From an uncultured Duncaniella sp. (GTDB taxonomy: Bacteria > Bacteroidota > Bacteroidia > Bacteroidales > Muribaculaceae): a stretch of DNA of 64,000 nt. Under the pieces are notes generated by a model that did not search any database, was not told the origin of the DNA, and saw only the letters and a program-made list of their open reading frames with translations. The translations under genes and the position numbers were made by a program. Below, one piece after another: positions 55,559-64,000 of the stretch (within the stretch, counting starts at the first letter, position 1; each line of letters opens with the position of its first letter). Where the stretch lies: NCBI GenBank assembly GCA_910578615.1, contig CAJTRI010000001.1, forward strand, positions 162,172 to 226,171. Direction: 5' to 3'.

Positions 55559-56443
55559 ATGGCAACACTACGCGAACTCAAAGGACGCATTGGCTCCGTG
55601 GCTTCGAGCGAGAAAATCACCGGGGCCATGAAGATGATTTCCTCGGCAAAGATGCATCGCGCCGAGGCCGATCTGCGCCGCTTGCTCCCTTTCAGGCAAC
55701 AGATCGAGAACATCATCGGCAACCTTCTCAGCACCGATGCCGAGTTTGAATCTCCACTGACCGAGACACGCGACGTCCGCAGCGTTGCCTTCGTGGTGCT
55801 CGGCTCTGACGACGGTCTTTGCGGAGGTTACAATATAAACATCTTCAAAGGGCTTTTACAGGGCATGGCAGACATCCGTGCACGATATGGCGAAGGTGTA
55901 GCCGTCACGATTATCCCCGTAGGACGCAAGATCGCCAAGGCTGCGGCCAAGATAGCCGGCCCGAGCGTCAGTGTGGAGACATTCGGCAACGTCAGTGCCA
56001 AGAGCGATGCGGCTGCTGTCAGAGACTTTGCCGCCGGGCTTGAAAAAGGCTTCCTTGACGGACGTTTCGACAGCGTGCAGCTCATCTACATGAACTTCCA
56101 GAGCGTGTCTCGCCAGCGTCTGCGTCGCGACACCTTCCTCCCGGTCGACTCCGCGTCGCTCTCCGCCGAAGGGGTCAGGTCGCTCTGCCGTCCGTGTATC
56201 TTCGAGCCGGACGCGTCCTCGATATTCCGTTCGGTACTCCCGATGTTCCTCCTTGCCCTCATGCAGGAAGTTTTCACCGAGAACCGCGCTTCCGAACAGG
56301 CCGCCCGCATCATGGCTATGCAGAGCGCCAACGATAACGCAAAGAACCTGCTTGAACAGTTGCAGCTCGAATACAACAAGCTGCGCCAGCAAAGCATCAC
56401 AACCGAGCTGCTCGACATTCTGGGCGGCCAGGTAAAAAACTAA
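55559..56443 (+). CDS. atpG: F1 ATP synthase gamma subunit
   Basis: MATLRELKGRIGSVASSEKITGAMKMISSAKM.., and the C-terminus reads ITTELLDILGG. Confidence 0.93.
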   Translation: MATLRELKGRIGSVASSEKITGAMKMISSAKMHRAEADLRRLLPFRQQIENIIGNLLSTDAEFESPLTETRDVRSVAFVVLGSDDGLCGGYNINIFKGLLQGMADIRARYGEGVAVTIIPVGRKIAKAAAKIAGPSVSVETFGNVSAKSDAAAVRDFAAGLEKGFLDGRFDSVQLIYMNFQSVSRQRLRRDTFLPVDSASLSAEGVRSLCRPCIFEPDASSIFRSVLPMFLLALMQEVFTENRASEQAARIMAMQSANDNAKNLLEQLQLEYNKLRQQSITTELLDILGGQVKN

Positions 56444-56464
56444 AAAAATCCAATCATTCACGAC

Positions 56465-57178
56465 ATGGGTAGTGTAAAAGAATATTTCTCCAATCTCGGC
56501 TCCGGGATAGCAAGCCTTCTCAAAGGTATGTCTGTAACCGGCAAAGAGTTTGTCACCCCGAAAATCACAGAGCAGTATCCGGACAACCGCGACGACCTTC
56601 CCGTGGCTGACCGTTTCCGTGCCATCCTCACTCTCAAATATGATGATCAGGGCAACCACAAGTGTATCGCCTGCGGCACATGCGAGCGCGTATGCCCCAA
56701 CGGTACTATAAGCCTTGACATCAAGCAGGTGGAGACATGGGACGGAAAGAAGAAAAAGAAACTTGACAAGTATATGTATGACCTGGGCTCCTGCACGTTC
56801 TGCCAGCTCTGTGTCACCAACTGCCCCACTGACGCTCTCGAATTCTCCAACGATTTCGAGCAGGCCGTCTTCACCAGGGACGTTCTTGTCAAGAAACTCA
56901 ATTATCTTCCCGAGAAAGAGGAACCCAAACCCACTCCCGAGCAGATAGCGAAGATGCAGGCCGAGAAGGAGGCTAAGATTGCAGCCGCAAAAGCCGCTGC
57001 CGCCGCCAAGAAGGCCGCGCAGGCTGCCGGAGGCGCCGCCGACACCGACCCCCTTGCAGGGATAGAGCTGAGCGATGCCCAGAAGAAAGCCCTTGCCGCA
57101 GCGGCCTCCGATCCCGAGAAACTTGAAAAGGTACGTGCGGCGATTCTTAAAGCCGCCCAGGCCCGCGCTGCGAAATAA
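56465..57178 (+). CDS. nuoI: NDH-1 subunit I (2x[4Fe-4S]) with an Ala/Lys-rich C-terminal extension of about 88 aa
   Basis: CIACGTCERVCP and CTFCQLCVTNCP. From about residue 150 the tail reads KEEPKPTPEQIAKMQAEKEAKIAAAKAAAAAKKAAQAAGG...AILKAAQARAAK. Confidence 0.9.
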   Translation: MGSVKEYFSNLGSGIASLLKGMSVTGKEFVTPKITEQYPDNRDDLPVADRFRAILTLKYDDQGNHKCIACGTCERVCPNGTISLDIKQVETWDGKKKKKLDKYMYDLGSCTFCQLCVTNCPTDALEFSNDFEQAVFTRDVLVKKLNYLPEKEEPKPTPEQIAKMQAEKEAKIAAAKAAAAAKKAAQAAGGAADTDPLAGIELSDAQKKALAAAASDPEKLEKVRAAILKAAQARAAK

Positions 57179-57229
57179 GGCCTCCTCCCCTCCACAATCC
57201 CAAGGATAATAATTACGAAAAACTCTATA

Positions 57230-57745
57230 ATGGAATCAGTAGGAAGTACAATTTGTTACTGGATAATCGCTCTGGCGATTGTCATCTTCTCGGTACTGAC
57301 TGTCACCACGCGCAAAATCCTGCGTGCGGCCACCTACCTGCTCTTCGTGCTTTTTGCCACCGCCGCCCTCTACTTCAAACTCGACTATGAGTTTCTCGGC
57401 TCGGTGCAGATTGCCGTCTATGCCGGTGGTATCGTGGTTCTCTTCGTGTTCTCGATTCTCCTGACCACGCGTCCCGGTGACAACAGCGAACAGCTCGAAT
57501 CTCGCAAGAAGGCCCTCGGCATTCTCGGCGCGCTTGCTGCGGCCGGTGCCTGCGGATGGGCTCTTTGCTCGCGCTGTGCCGACATCTTCACCTCCGCGCC
57601 GTCGATGGCCAACCCGACTATGCACGAGATCGGCAACGCCATGCTCGGAACCGGCCACGGCCAGTATCTTCTCCCCTTCGAGGCAGTCAGTGTGTTGTTA
57701 CTCGCATGTATAATCGGCGGCGTAGTCATCGCCCGCAAACGCTAA
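57230..57745 (+). CDS. nuoJ: NDH-1 subunit J
   Basis: 171 aa with 5 TM helices. Contains SVQIAVYAGGIVVLFVF. The position in the operon fits. Confidence 0.88.
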   Translation: MESVGSTICYWIIALAIVIFSVLTVTTRKILRAATYLLFVLFATAALYFKLDYEFLGSVQIAVYAGGIVVLFVFSILLTTRPGDNSEQLESRKKALGILGALAAAGACGWALCSRCADIFTSAPSMANPTMHEIGNAMLGTGHGQYLLPFEAVSVLLLACIIGGVVIARKR

Positions 57746-57760
57746 CCCCCTGCATCTGTC

Positions 57761-58072
57761 ATGGATATTACATTGATCTGGTATCTCGTCCCCGCCTTAG
57801 TGATGTTCTGCTGCGGGGTCTACGGCTTTCTTACCCGCCGCAACATGATAGCGATGCTCATCTCTCTCGAGCTGATGCTCAACGCTGTCGATATTAACTT
57901 CGTGGTCTTCAACCGTTATCTCTATCCCGGTTCTATGGAGGGCTGGATGTTCACTCTGTTCGGCATAGCCATTGCCGCCGCCGAGACCGCGCTCGCCATT
58001 GCAATCATCATCAACCTTTTCCGCGTGAGCAAGAACATTGACGTCCGCGACGCGACCCACATGAAACACTAA
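57761..58072 (+). CDS. nuoK: NDH-1 subunit K
   Basis: 103 aa with 3 TM helices. Contains MLISLELMLNAV and AAAETALAIAI. Confidence 0.92.
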   Translation: MDITLIWYLVPALVMFCCGVYGFLTRRNMIAMLISLELMLNAVDINFVVFNRYLYPGSMEGWMFTLFGIAIAAAETALAIAIIINLFRVSKNIDVRDATHMKH

Positions 58073-58081
58073 TTGCGACCT

Positions 58082-60055
58082 ATGGATATTACAATTCCTG
58101 TTCTGATACTGGCCATTCCGCTCTTCATGTTCCTCCTGTTGGGACTGGCGGGCGTAAAGATGAGCCATAAGCTGGCCGGCATTCTCGGCACGCTCGGCAT
58201 GGGCACGGTTCTCGTCCTGTCCTACTTTACGGCCTATACCTACTGGTTCTCAGGCTCCCCTGAATTTATTGACGGCACCAACCGTTTGCAGTTCACCGTG
58301 TTCAATATGGAGTGGCTTCGTTTCACCGACTTCCTCTCCATCAAGCTCGGATTTCTGCTTGATCCCATTTCGGCGCTCCTCCTCGTAGTCATCACCACCA
58401 TCTCCTTCATGGTTCATCTCTATTCGCTGGGCTACATGAAGGGCGAGAAGGGATTTCAGCGCTACTATGCGTTCCTGTCCCTTTTCAGCTTCTCGATGCT
58501 GGGACTCGTCGTTGCTACCAATATCTTCCAGATGTACATCTTCTGGGAGCTTGTGGGCGCCTCCTCCTTCCTTCTGATCGGATTCTTCTATACCCTTCCC
58601 TCAGCTGTGGCAGCTTGTAAGAAGGCGTTCATTGTCACCCGTTTCGCCGACCTCGGTTTCCTCATCGGTATCCTCATCCTGTCGTTCTACACCAACCAGC
58701 TTGACTTCCTCCCAATGACTCAGAACCCGCAGGGCGTTCTTTCAAGTTTCGGTGGTGCCACATTCATGGGAGCCTCGGTGCTCACATGGGCTTTGGTGCT
58801 TATCTTTACCGGCGGTATGGGAAAATCGGCCATGCTTCCCCTCCACATCTGGCTTCCTGACGCTATGGAAGGCCCCACCCCGGTGTCGGCCCTTATCCAT
58901 GCCGCCACCATGGTGGTTGCGGGTGTATATCTCGTGGCTCGCCTCTTCCCCCTCTACATGCTTGAAGACGCCGCCCTTACGTTCATCACTGTCGTCGGTG
59001 CCGTGACAGCCTTCTATGCCGCGTGCGTGGCCTGCGCCCAGATCGATATCAAGCGCATCCTTGCTTTCTCGACCATCTCGCAGATAGCTTTCATGATGGT
59101 GTCGCTCGGTGTCGCTGCCCGCAACGGAGAGGTCATCCACGAGGGTCTCGGCTACATGGCCTCCATGTTCCATCTTTTCACCCACGCCATGTTCAAGGCC
59201 CTTCTCTTCCTCGGTGCCGGATCGCTCATCCACGCGGTTCATTCCAACAACTACACCGCGATGGGTGGTCTTAGAAAATACATGCCCATAACCCATTGGA
59301 CGTTCCTCATCGGCTGTCTCGCCATTGCCGGCATATGGCCCTTCGCAGGATTCTTCTCCAAGGACGAGATTCTCACCGCTTGCTATGCCAACTCTCCTCT
59401 CTGGGGTGTATGGATGACGGTTGTGGCCGGAATGACGGCTTTCTACATGTTCCGCATGTACTTCCTCATCTTCTGGTGGGAAAATCCCGACTATGCCGCA
59501 CGTGTCAAGGAACAGGAAGCTCACGGCCATCATGCATCGATGCCCCATGAGTCCCCCCTTACAATGACCATACCCCTTGTCTTCCTTGCAGCCGTGTCCG
59601 TATGCTGTGGCTGGATGGTGCCTTTCGGCGAGCTTGTCACATATGACGGTCACGAATACCACATCCACATTGATTGGAGCATCGCCTCGATGAGCCTCGT
59701 GGTGGCCTTTGCCGCCATCGGTCTTGCCGCATGGCTCTATATGAAGAAAAACGACAAGCCTGCCCGCATGGCCGACTCCTGTCGCTGGCTCTGGACGGCT
59801 GCCAACCGTCGTTTCTACTGGGACGAGATCTATCTCTTTGTCACCCGCCGCATCATCTTTGACGGCATCTGCAAGCCCATCGCTTGGTTTGACCGTCACA
59901 TCATCGATGGCACCATGAACGGTCTGGCCTATGTCACCAACAGTCTCTCAGGAGCCATCAAGGGCTTCCAGAGCGGCAAGGTGCAGATGTATATCTGGTG
60001 GTATCTTGTCGGCGCAGTCGTTCTCGGTATCATCACAGCGGTATGCGTCCTTTGA
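58082..60055 (+). CDS. nuoL: NDH-1 subunit L
   Basis: Antiporter-like subunit with WLPDAMEGPTPVSALIHAATMVVAG and a C-terminal lateral-helix region. I prefer ATG 58082 over the TTG at 58073. Confidence 0.95.
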   Translation: MDITIPVLILAIPLFMFLLLGLAGVKMSHKLAGILGTLGMGTVLVLSYFTAYTYWFSGSPEFIDGTNRLQFTVFNMEWLRFTDFLSIKLGFLLDPISALLLVVITTISFMVHLYSLGYMKGEKGFQRYYAFLSLFSFSMLGLVVATNIFQMYIFWELVGASSFLLIGFFYTLPSAVAACKKAFIVTRFADLGFLIGILILSFYTNQLDFLPMTQNPQGVLSSFGGATFMGASVLTWALVLIFTGGMGKSAMLPLHIWLPDAMEGPTPVSALIHAATMVVAGVYLVARLFPLYMLEDAALTFITVVGAVTAFYAACVACAQIDIKRILAFSTISQIAFMMVSLGVAARNGEVIHEGLGYMASMFHLFTHAMFKALLFLGAGSLIHAVHSNNYTAMGGLRKYMPITHWTFLIGCLAIAGIWPFAGFFSKDEILTACYANSPLWGVWMTVVAGMTAFYMFRMYFLIFWWENPDYAARVKEQEAHGHHASMPHESPLTMTIPLVFLAAVSVCCGWMVPFGELVTYDGHEYHIHIDWSIASMSLVVAFAAIGLAAWLYMKKNDKPARMADSCRWLWTAANRRFYWDEIYLFVTRRIIFDGICKPIAWFDRHIIDGTMNGLAYVTNSLSGAIKGFQSGKVQMYIWWYLVGAVVLGIITAVCVL

Positions 60056-60085
60056 TAGTGTTAATGTAGCAAATATAGTAACGAT

Positions 60086-61582
60086 ATGTTTTCCAATATA
60101 TTAATCTACTTTGTGGTCATCCCCGTAGTGATGCTTCTGGGGCTGTTCCTCTGTCGCGACATCAAGCAGATTCGCGCAGTGGCTGTGACCGGCTCCGTGG
60201 CCTTGACCGCTCTCGCGGTGTGGGTGCTCGTCGAATATCTCGGCCTTCGGGCAGCCGACCCCGATACCCCTATGTTCTTCGTAGGTTCATGGTCGTGGTT
60301 TGCCCCGCTCAACATACACCTTGCAGTCGGTGTTGACGGTATTTCCATTGCCATGCTCCTTCTGACAGGCGTCATCATGATAACGGGCAGTTTTGCCTCT
60401 TGGGAGATTCCCCAGCCCAAGGAGTTCTTCTTGTGGCTCGTGCTTCTCGCCACAGGTGTGTATGGTTTCTTCATCTCCATCGACCTTTTCACCATGTTCA
60501 TGTTCTATGAGGTGGCCCTTATCCCCATGTACCTCCTCATAGGTGTCTGGGGTTCCGGCAACAAGAACTACTCGGCCATGAAGCTTACCCTTATGCTCAT
60601 GGGCGGTTCCGCATTCCTGATGCTCGGCCTCATCGGTATCTATTACCACTCGGCTCCTGCCGGACAGCCCCTCACATGGAACATTCTCGAAATAGTCAGC
60701 AACGACGCCATCTCTCACGGCTGGCAGACGTTCCTCTTCCCGATGACCTTTGTGGGATTCGGTGTCCTCGGCGCCATGTTCCCCTTCCATACATGGTCTC
60801 CTGACGGCCACGCCTCAGCTCCCACGGCTGTGTCGATGCTCCATGCCGGTGTCCTTATGAAGCTTGGCGGCTACGGATGCTTCCGCGTTGCCATCTATCT
60901 GATGCCCCAGGCGGCCCACGAGCTTGCGTGGATATTCATCATCCTCACCGGCATCTCCGTGGTCTATGGTGCTTTCAGCGCATGTGTGCAGAACGACCTC
61001 AAATATATCAATGCCTACTCATCCGTCAGCCACTGCGGTCTCGTGCTTTTCGCCATCCTTATGCTCAATGCCACCGCAATGACCGGCGCCATCATGCAGA
61101 TGCTTTCCCATGGTCTCATGACGGCTCTCTTCTTTGCTCTCATCGGCATGATCTACGGCCGTACACACACCCGCGATATCCGCGAGATGGGCGGTATGAT
61201 GCAGATTCTCCCTTATCTCTCCGTCTGCTACGTCATTGCCGGTATGGCCTCTCTCGGACTCCCCGGTCTCTCCGGATTCGTGGCCGAGATGACCATCTTC
61301 GTCGGCTCGTTCCAGCACACCGACCTTTTCCACCGCGTCTTCGTCATCGTGGCATGTAGCTCGATCGTGACAACGGCCGTCTACATCCTCCGCGTTGTGG
61401 GCAAGCTCCTCTACGGGCCGGTCTATGACCAGCACCATATGTCTCTTACTGACGCAAAATGGTGGGAGCGCCTCTCTACGGCCGCCCTCATTGTCTGTGT
61501 GGCAGGCATCGGTTGCTTCCCCAATTTCTTCGTTGACATCATCAAGAGCACCTGGAAGTTCTTCGGAGCTCTCAATATGTAA
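60086..61582 (+). CDS. nuoM: NDH-1 subunit M
   Basis: Antiporter-like subunit with PFHTWSPDGHASAPTAVSMLHAGVLMKLGGYG. Confidence 0.95.
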   Translation: MFSNILIYFVVIPVVMLLGLFLCRDIKQIRAVAVTGSVALTALAVWVLVEYLGLRAADPDTPMFFVGSWSWFAPLNIHLAVGVDGISIAMLLLTGVIMITGSFASWEIPQPKEFFLWLVLLATGVYGFFISIDLFTMFMFYEVALIPMYLLIGVWGSGNKNYSAMKLTLMLMGGSAFLMLGLIGIYYHSAPAGQPLTWNILEIVSNDAISHGWQTFLFPMTFVGFGVLGAMFPFHTWSPDGHASAPTAVSMLHAGVLMKLGGYGCFRVAIYLMPQAAHELAWIFIILTGISVVYGAFSACVQNDLKYINAYSSVSHCGLVLFAILMLNATAMTGAIMQMLSHGLMTALFFALIGMIYGRTHTRDIREMGGMMQILPYLSVCYVIAGMASLGLPGLSGFVAEMTIFVGSFQHTDLFHRVFVIVACSSIVTTAVYILRVVGKLLYGPVYDQHHMSLTDAKWWERLSTAALIVCVAGIGCFPNFFVDIIKSTWKFFGALNM

Positions 61583-61603
61583 TAATACCACAGAAAGAAT
61601 CCC

Positions 61604-63046
61604 ATGGATTATTCACAGTTTTTAGCAATGAAGCAGGAGATAGGGCTCCTCGTCGTATTCCTGCTCATATTCCTCTTCGATACTTTCAGTTCTCGGAAGA
61701 GCGCCAAGGCGGTTCCCGCCCTCAGCGTCTTCCTGATGGGCGTGCTCACCCTCTGGGGCTTCTGTCCTCTCAACAGTGCCGATGCCTCGGCGTTCGCCGG
61801 TATGTACGTCACCTCCCCCGTCATGACCGCCATCAAGAATATTCTCAATGTAGGTGTCCTCATCATCCTTGTACAGTCGGTCAAGTGGGCCAACTCTGAG
61901 TTTGTGGCCATCCGTCGCGGTGAATTCTACGAGCTTGTGCTCCTGACCCTCCTCGGCATGTATTTCATGATTTCGAGCCGTCACTTCCTGATGTTCATCA
62001 TCGGTCTTGAAACAGCCTCGCTCCCCCTCTGCGCCCTTGTCGCCTTTGACAAGAACCGCTATGAAAGCCATGAGGCCGCCATCAAGTATGTACTTACCGC
62101 CGTCTTCTCCTCAGCCGTGCTTCTGATGGGCCTATCGTTTGTCTACGGTCTCTGTGGAACCCTCTATTATGACGGTATCGCCATGATGTGCCGTTCACAG
62201 TTCGGCGTCATGATGGCTGTGGCTCTCGCATTCGTTATGGCCGGATTCGGATTCAAAATCTCCCTCGTCCCGTTCCATCTCTGGACTGCCGACGTCTATC
62301 AGGGTGCCCCCACTCCCGTGACCTCTTATCTTTCAGTCATCTCGAAAGGCTCTGCGGCGTTTGCCTTCCTCGTGGTTCTCACACAGGTGTTCGGCTCTCT
62401 CTATGCTGACGCATGGGAGTGGATGCTCTACGCTCTCATCATCCTGACCATCACCATCGGCAACCTCTTTGCCATGCGTCAGGTCAACATGAAGCGTTTC
62501 CTTGCCTTCTCGTCCATCTCACAGGCCGGATATATAATGCTTGCCATCATCGGCGACAACCCCATGGGAGTCTCTGCGCTCATGTTCTATGTCCTTGTCT
62601 ATGTCTTCTCCAACCTCGCCGCCTTTGGCGTGATAGGGGCTATCGAGAACGCTACCGGCAAGGTGGACATGACTGACTACAACGGCCTTTACAAGACCAA
62701 TCCCCGTCTGGCCTTCACGATGATGCTCGCCATGTTCTCTCTGGCAGGTATACCTCCCTTCGCCGGATTTTTCAGCAAGTTCTTCGTGTTCACCTCTGCC
62801 CTGAACGGCACCGGCTCGGTTGCACTCTACGTTCTTGTCCTCATAGCGTTGATCAATACCATCATCTCCCTCTACTACTATCTTCTCGTGGTCAAGGCTA
62901 TGTTCATCAACGATTCGGACAGCCCTGTGGCTACTTTCAGGTCTGCATGTTCCGAGCGTGTGGGGATGTGGATATGCGTGGCCGGTATAATCGGTCTTGG
63001 TATCGTAAGCTACTTCTATGATTATCTGCTGACCGTAGTCTACTGA
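61604..63046 (+). CDS. nuoN: NDH-1 subunit N
   Basis: Antiporter-like subunit with VPFHLWTADVYQGAPTPVTSYLSVISKGS. Confidence 0.93.
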   Translation: MDYSQFLAMKQEIGLLVVFLLIFLFDTFSSRKSAKAVPALSVFLMGVLTLWGFCPLNSADASAFAGMYVTSPVMTAIKNILNVGVLIILVQSVKWANSEFVAIRRGEFYELVLLTLLGMYFMISSRHFLMFIIGLETASLPLCALVAFDKNRYESHEAAIKYVLTAVFSSAVLLMGLSFVYGLCGTLYYDGIAMMCRSQFGVMMAVALAFVMAGFGFKISLVPFHLWTADVYQGAPTPVTSYLSVISKGSAAFAFLVVLTQVFGSLYADAWEWMLYALIILTITIGNLFAMRQVNMKRFLAFSSISQAGYIMLAIIGDNPMGVSALMFYVLVYVFSNLAAFGVIGAIENATGKVDMTDYNGLYKTNPRLAFTMMLAMFSLAGIPPFAGFFSKFFVFTSALNGTGSVALYVLVLIALINTIISLYYYLLVVKAMFINDSDSPVATFRSACSERVGMWICVAGIIGLGIVSYFYDYLLTVVY

Positions 63047-63077
63047 TAACGCACGGACACGATCAATAAAAAACATT

Positions 63078-63113
63078 GAATGAGGGGGCGGGCATGTGTG
63101 CGTCTCCTCATTC
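63078..63113 (+). terminator. Weak terminator-like hairpin after nuoN
   Basis: GAATGAGG (63078-63085) pairs with CCTCATTC (63106-63113) around a 20-nt loop. There is no T-run. Confidence 0.3.
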
Positions 63114-63154
63114 TGATATAAAAAACAAACATTCATAAAATCATATCAACCCTT

Positions 63155-63970
63155 ATGGGACCTATCGGTGTTTTTGATTCGGGCTACGGCGGCCTGACAA
63201 TCCTCCGGGAGATACGCAGAAGCCTCCCCGGATATGACTTCATGTATCTTGGCGACAATGCCCGCGCCCCTTACGGGACACGTTCTTTCGACGTTGTCTA
63301 CGAGTTCACCCTCCAAGCCGTCAAGGCTCTCTTCGAGCGTGGATGCCGGCTTGTCATCCTTGCCTGCAATACGGCTTCGGCCAAGGCTCTCCGCACCATC
63401 CAGCAGCGCGACCTTCCATCCATCGACCCTTCCCGGCGCGTTTTGGGCGTGATTGTCCCCACCATCGAGAAGCTTGGCGAGGTTTCGTCTAACGGCAATA
63501 TAGGCATTCTCGCCACTCCCGGCACTGTCTCATCCGGCACGTATGATATAGAGATAGCCAAGTTCTTTCCGCGCTTCCGCACGGTCTCGCGCGCATGTCC
63601 CATGTGGGTGCCTCTTGTGGAGAATTGCGAGCATGACGGCCCGGGTGCCGACTATTTCGTGGAGAAATATGTCAACTCACTCTTCGAGGAAGAACCTGAG
63701 ATAGACACCCTCGTCCTTGGATGCACCCATTATCCGCTCCTACTTCCCAAGATAGAGAAGGCCGTGGCCGGACGTGCCGCCATCATCACGCAGGGACGTC
63801 TTGTGGCCGACAGTCTTGCCGACTATCTGCGCCGTCATCCTGATATGGATGCCGATTGCTCCAAGGAAGGCACCGTCACATATCTGACCACCGAACATCC
63901 TGACAAGTTCACCGGGATGGCCTCCATATTCATGGAACAGCCGGTCTCGGCTTCAAGAATAGAGCTTTGA
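63155..63970 (+). CDS. murI: Glutamate racemase
   Basis: VFDSGYGGLT, ILACNTASA and LGCTHYPLL contain the two catalytic Cys motifs. Confidence 0.93.
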   Translation: MGPIGVFDSGYGGLTILREIRRSLPGYDFMYLGDNARAPYGTRSFDVVYEFTLQAVKALFERGCRLVILACNTASAKALRTIQQRDLPSIDPSRRVLGVIVPTIEKLGEVSSNGNIGILATPGTVSSGTYDIEIAKFFPRFRTVSRACPMWVPLVENCEHDGPGADYFVEKYVNSLFEEEPEIDTLVLGCTHYPLLLPKIEKAVAGRAAIITQGRLVADSLADYLRRHPDMDADCSKEGTVTYLTTEHPDKFTGMASIFMEQPVSASRIEL

Positions 63971-64000
63971 TGCGCTTCTCCCCCTCCCCTACCCTCCTCC

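Noticed and set aside
58742-59899. 385-aa antisense ORF inside nuoL; similar long antisense ORFs lie at 4041-4766, 10344-11060, 24645-25256, 46819-47586, 48969-49610, 51672-52577, 55856-56659 and 62519-63136
   Set aside because: All lie opposite strongly supported genes. They have His/Gly/Arg/Asp-rich compositions characteristic of reverse-frame translation and lack signal or family motifs.

Overview
This 64 kb chromosomal segment reads like a Bacteroidales (Bacteroidota) genome. Supporting features are a SusC/SusD pair, a T9SS C-terminal sorting domain, a DUF2723 protein, TTTG-N19-21-TAnnTTTG promoters, the atpDC-BEFHAG gene order and an NDH-1 without nuoEFG. About 55 protein genes lie in three strand blocks: plus 1374-13374, minus 13392-45356 and plus 45831-63970. 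A truncated phage-type capsid gene sits at the left edge and is absent from the ORF track because it has no stop inside the window. I found no rRNA, tRNA, CRISPR array, transposase or integrase. Most content is housekeeping: nifJ/PFOR, trpS, era, fabH, rpmF, yceD, pdxA, deoC, dtd and murI. Four things deserve a second look. (1) A complete F1Fo ATP synthase operon is nested inside the nuo operon (nuoA-B-CD-H | atpD-C-B-E-F-H-A-G | nuoI-N), with 46 and 21 nt junctions and no visible terminators. (2) A tightly packed eight-gene minus-strand operon looks like a variant inositol or phospho-headgroup (sphingo)lipid pathway. It has an Aur1-like PAP2 protein, two CDP-alcohol phosphatidyltransferases, a cytidylyltransferase, an ATP-grasp protein with an ITPK1-like D-x-N-x-W-P-x-Y motif, GtrA and HAD, but no inositol-phosphate synthase. 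(3) A translationally coupled operon links a membrane pseudokinase to a double-GNAT protein, GT-B, GT-A and a Wzx flippase. (4) An operon combines GYF-CD225 (IFITM-like), DUF2752 and a 7TM-HD protein. Several GC-rich intergenic hairpins and phased direct repeats are also listed. All family assignments come from reading the translations and recalling motifs; no database search was run.
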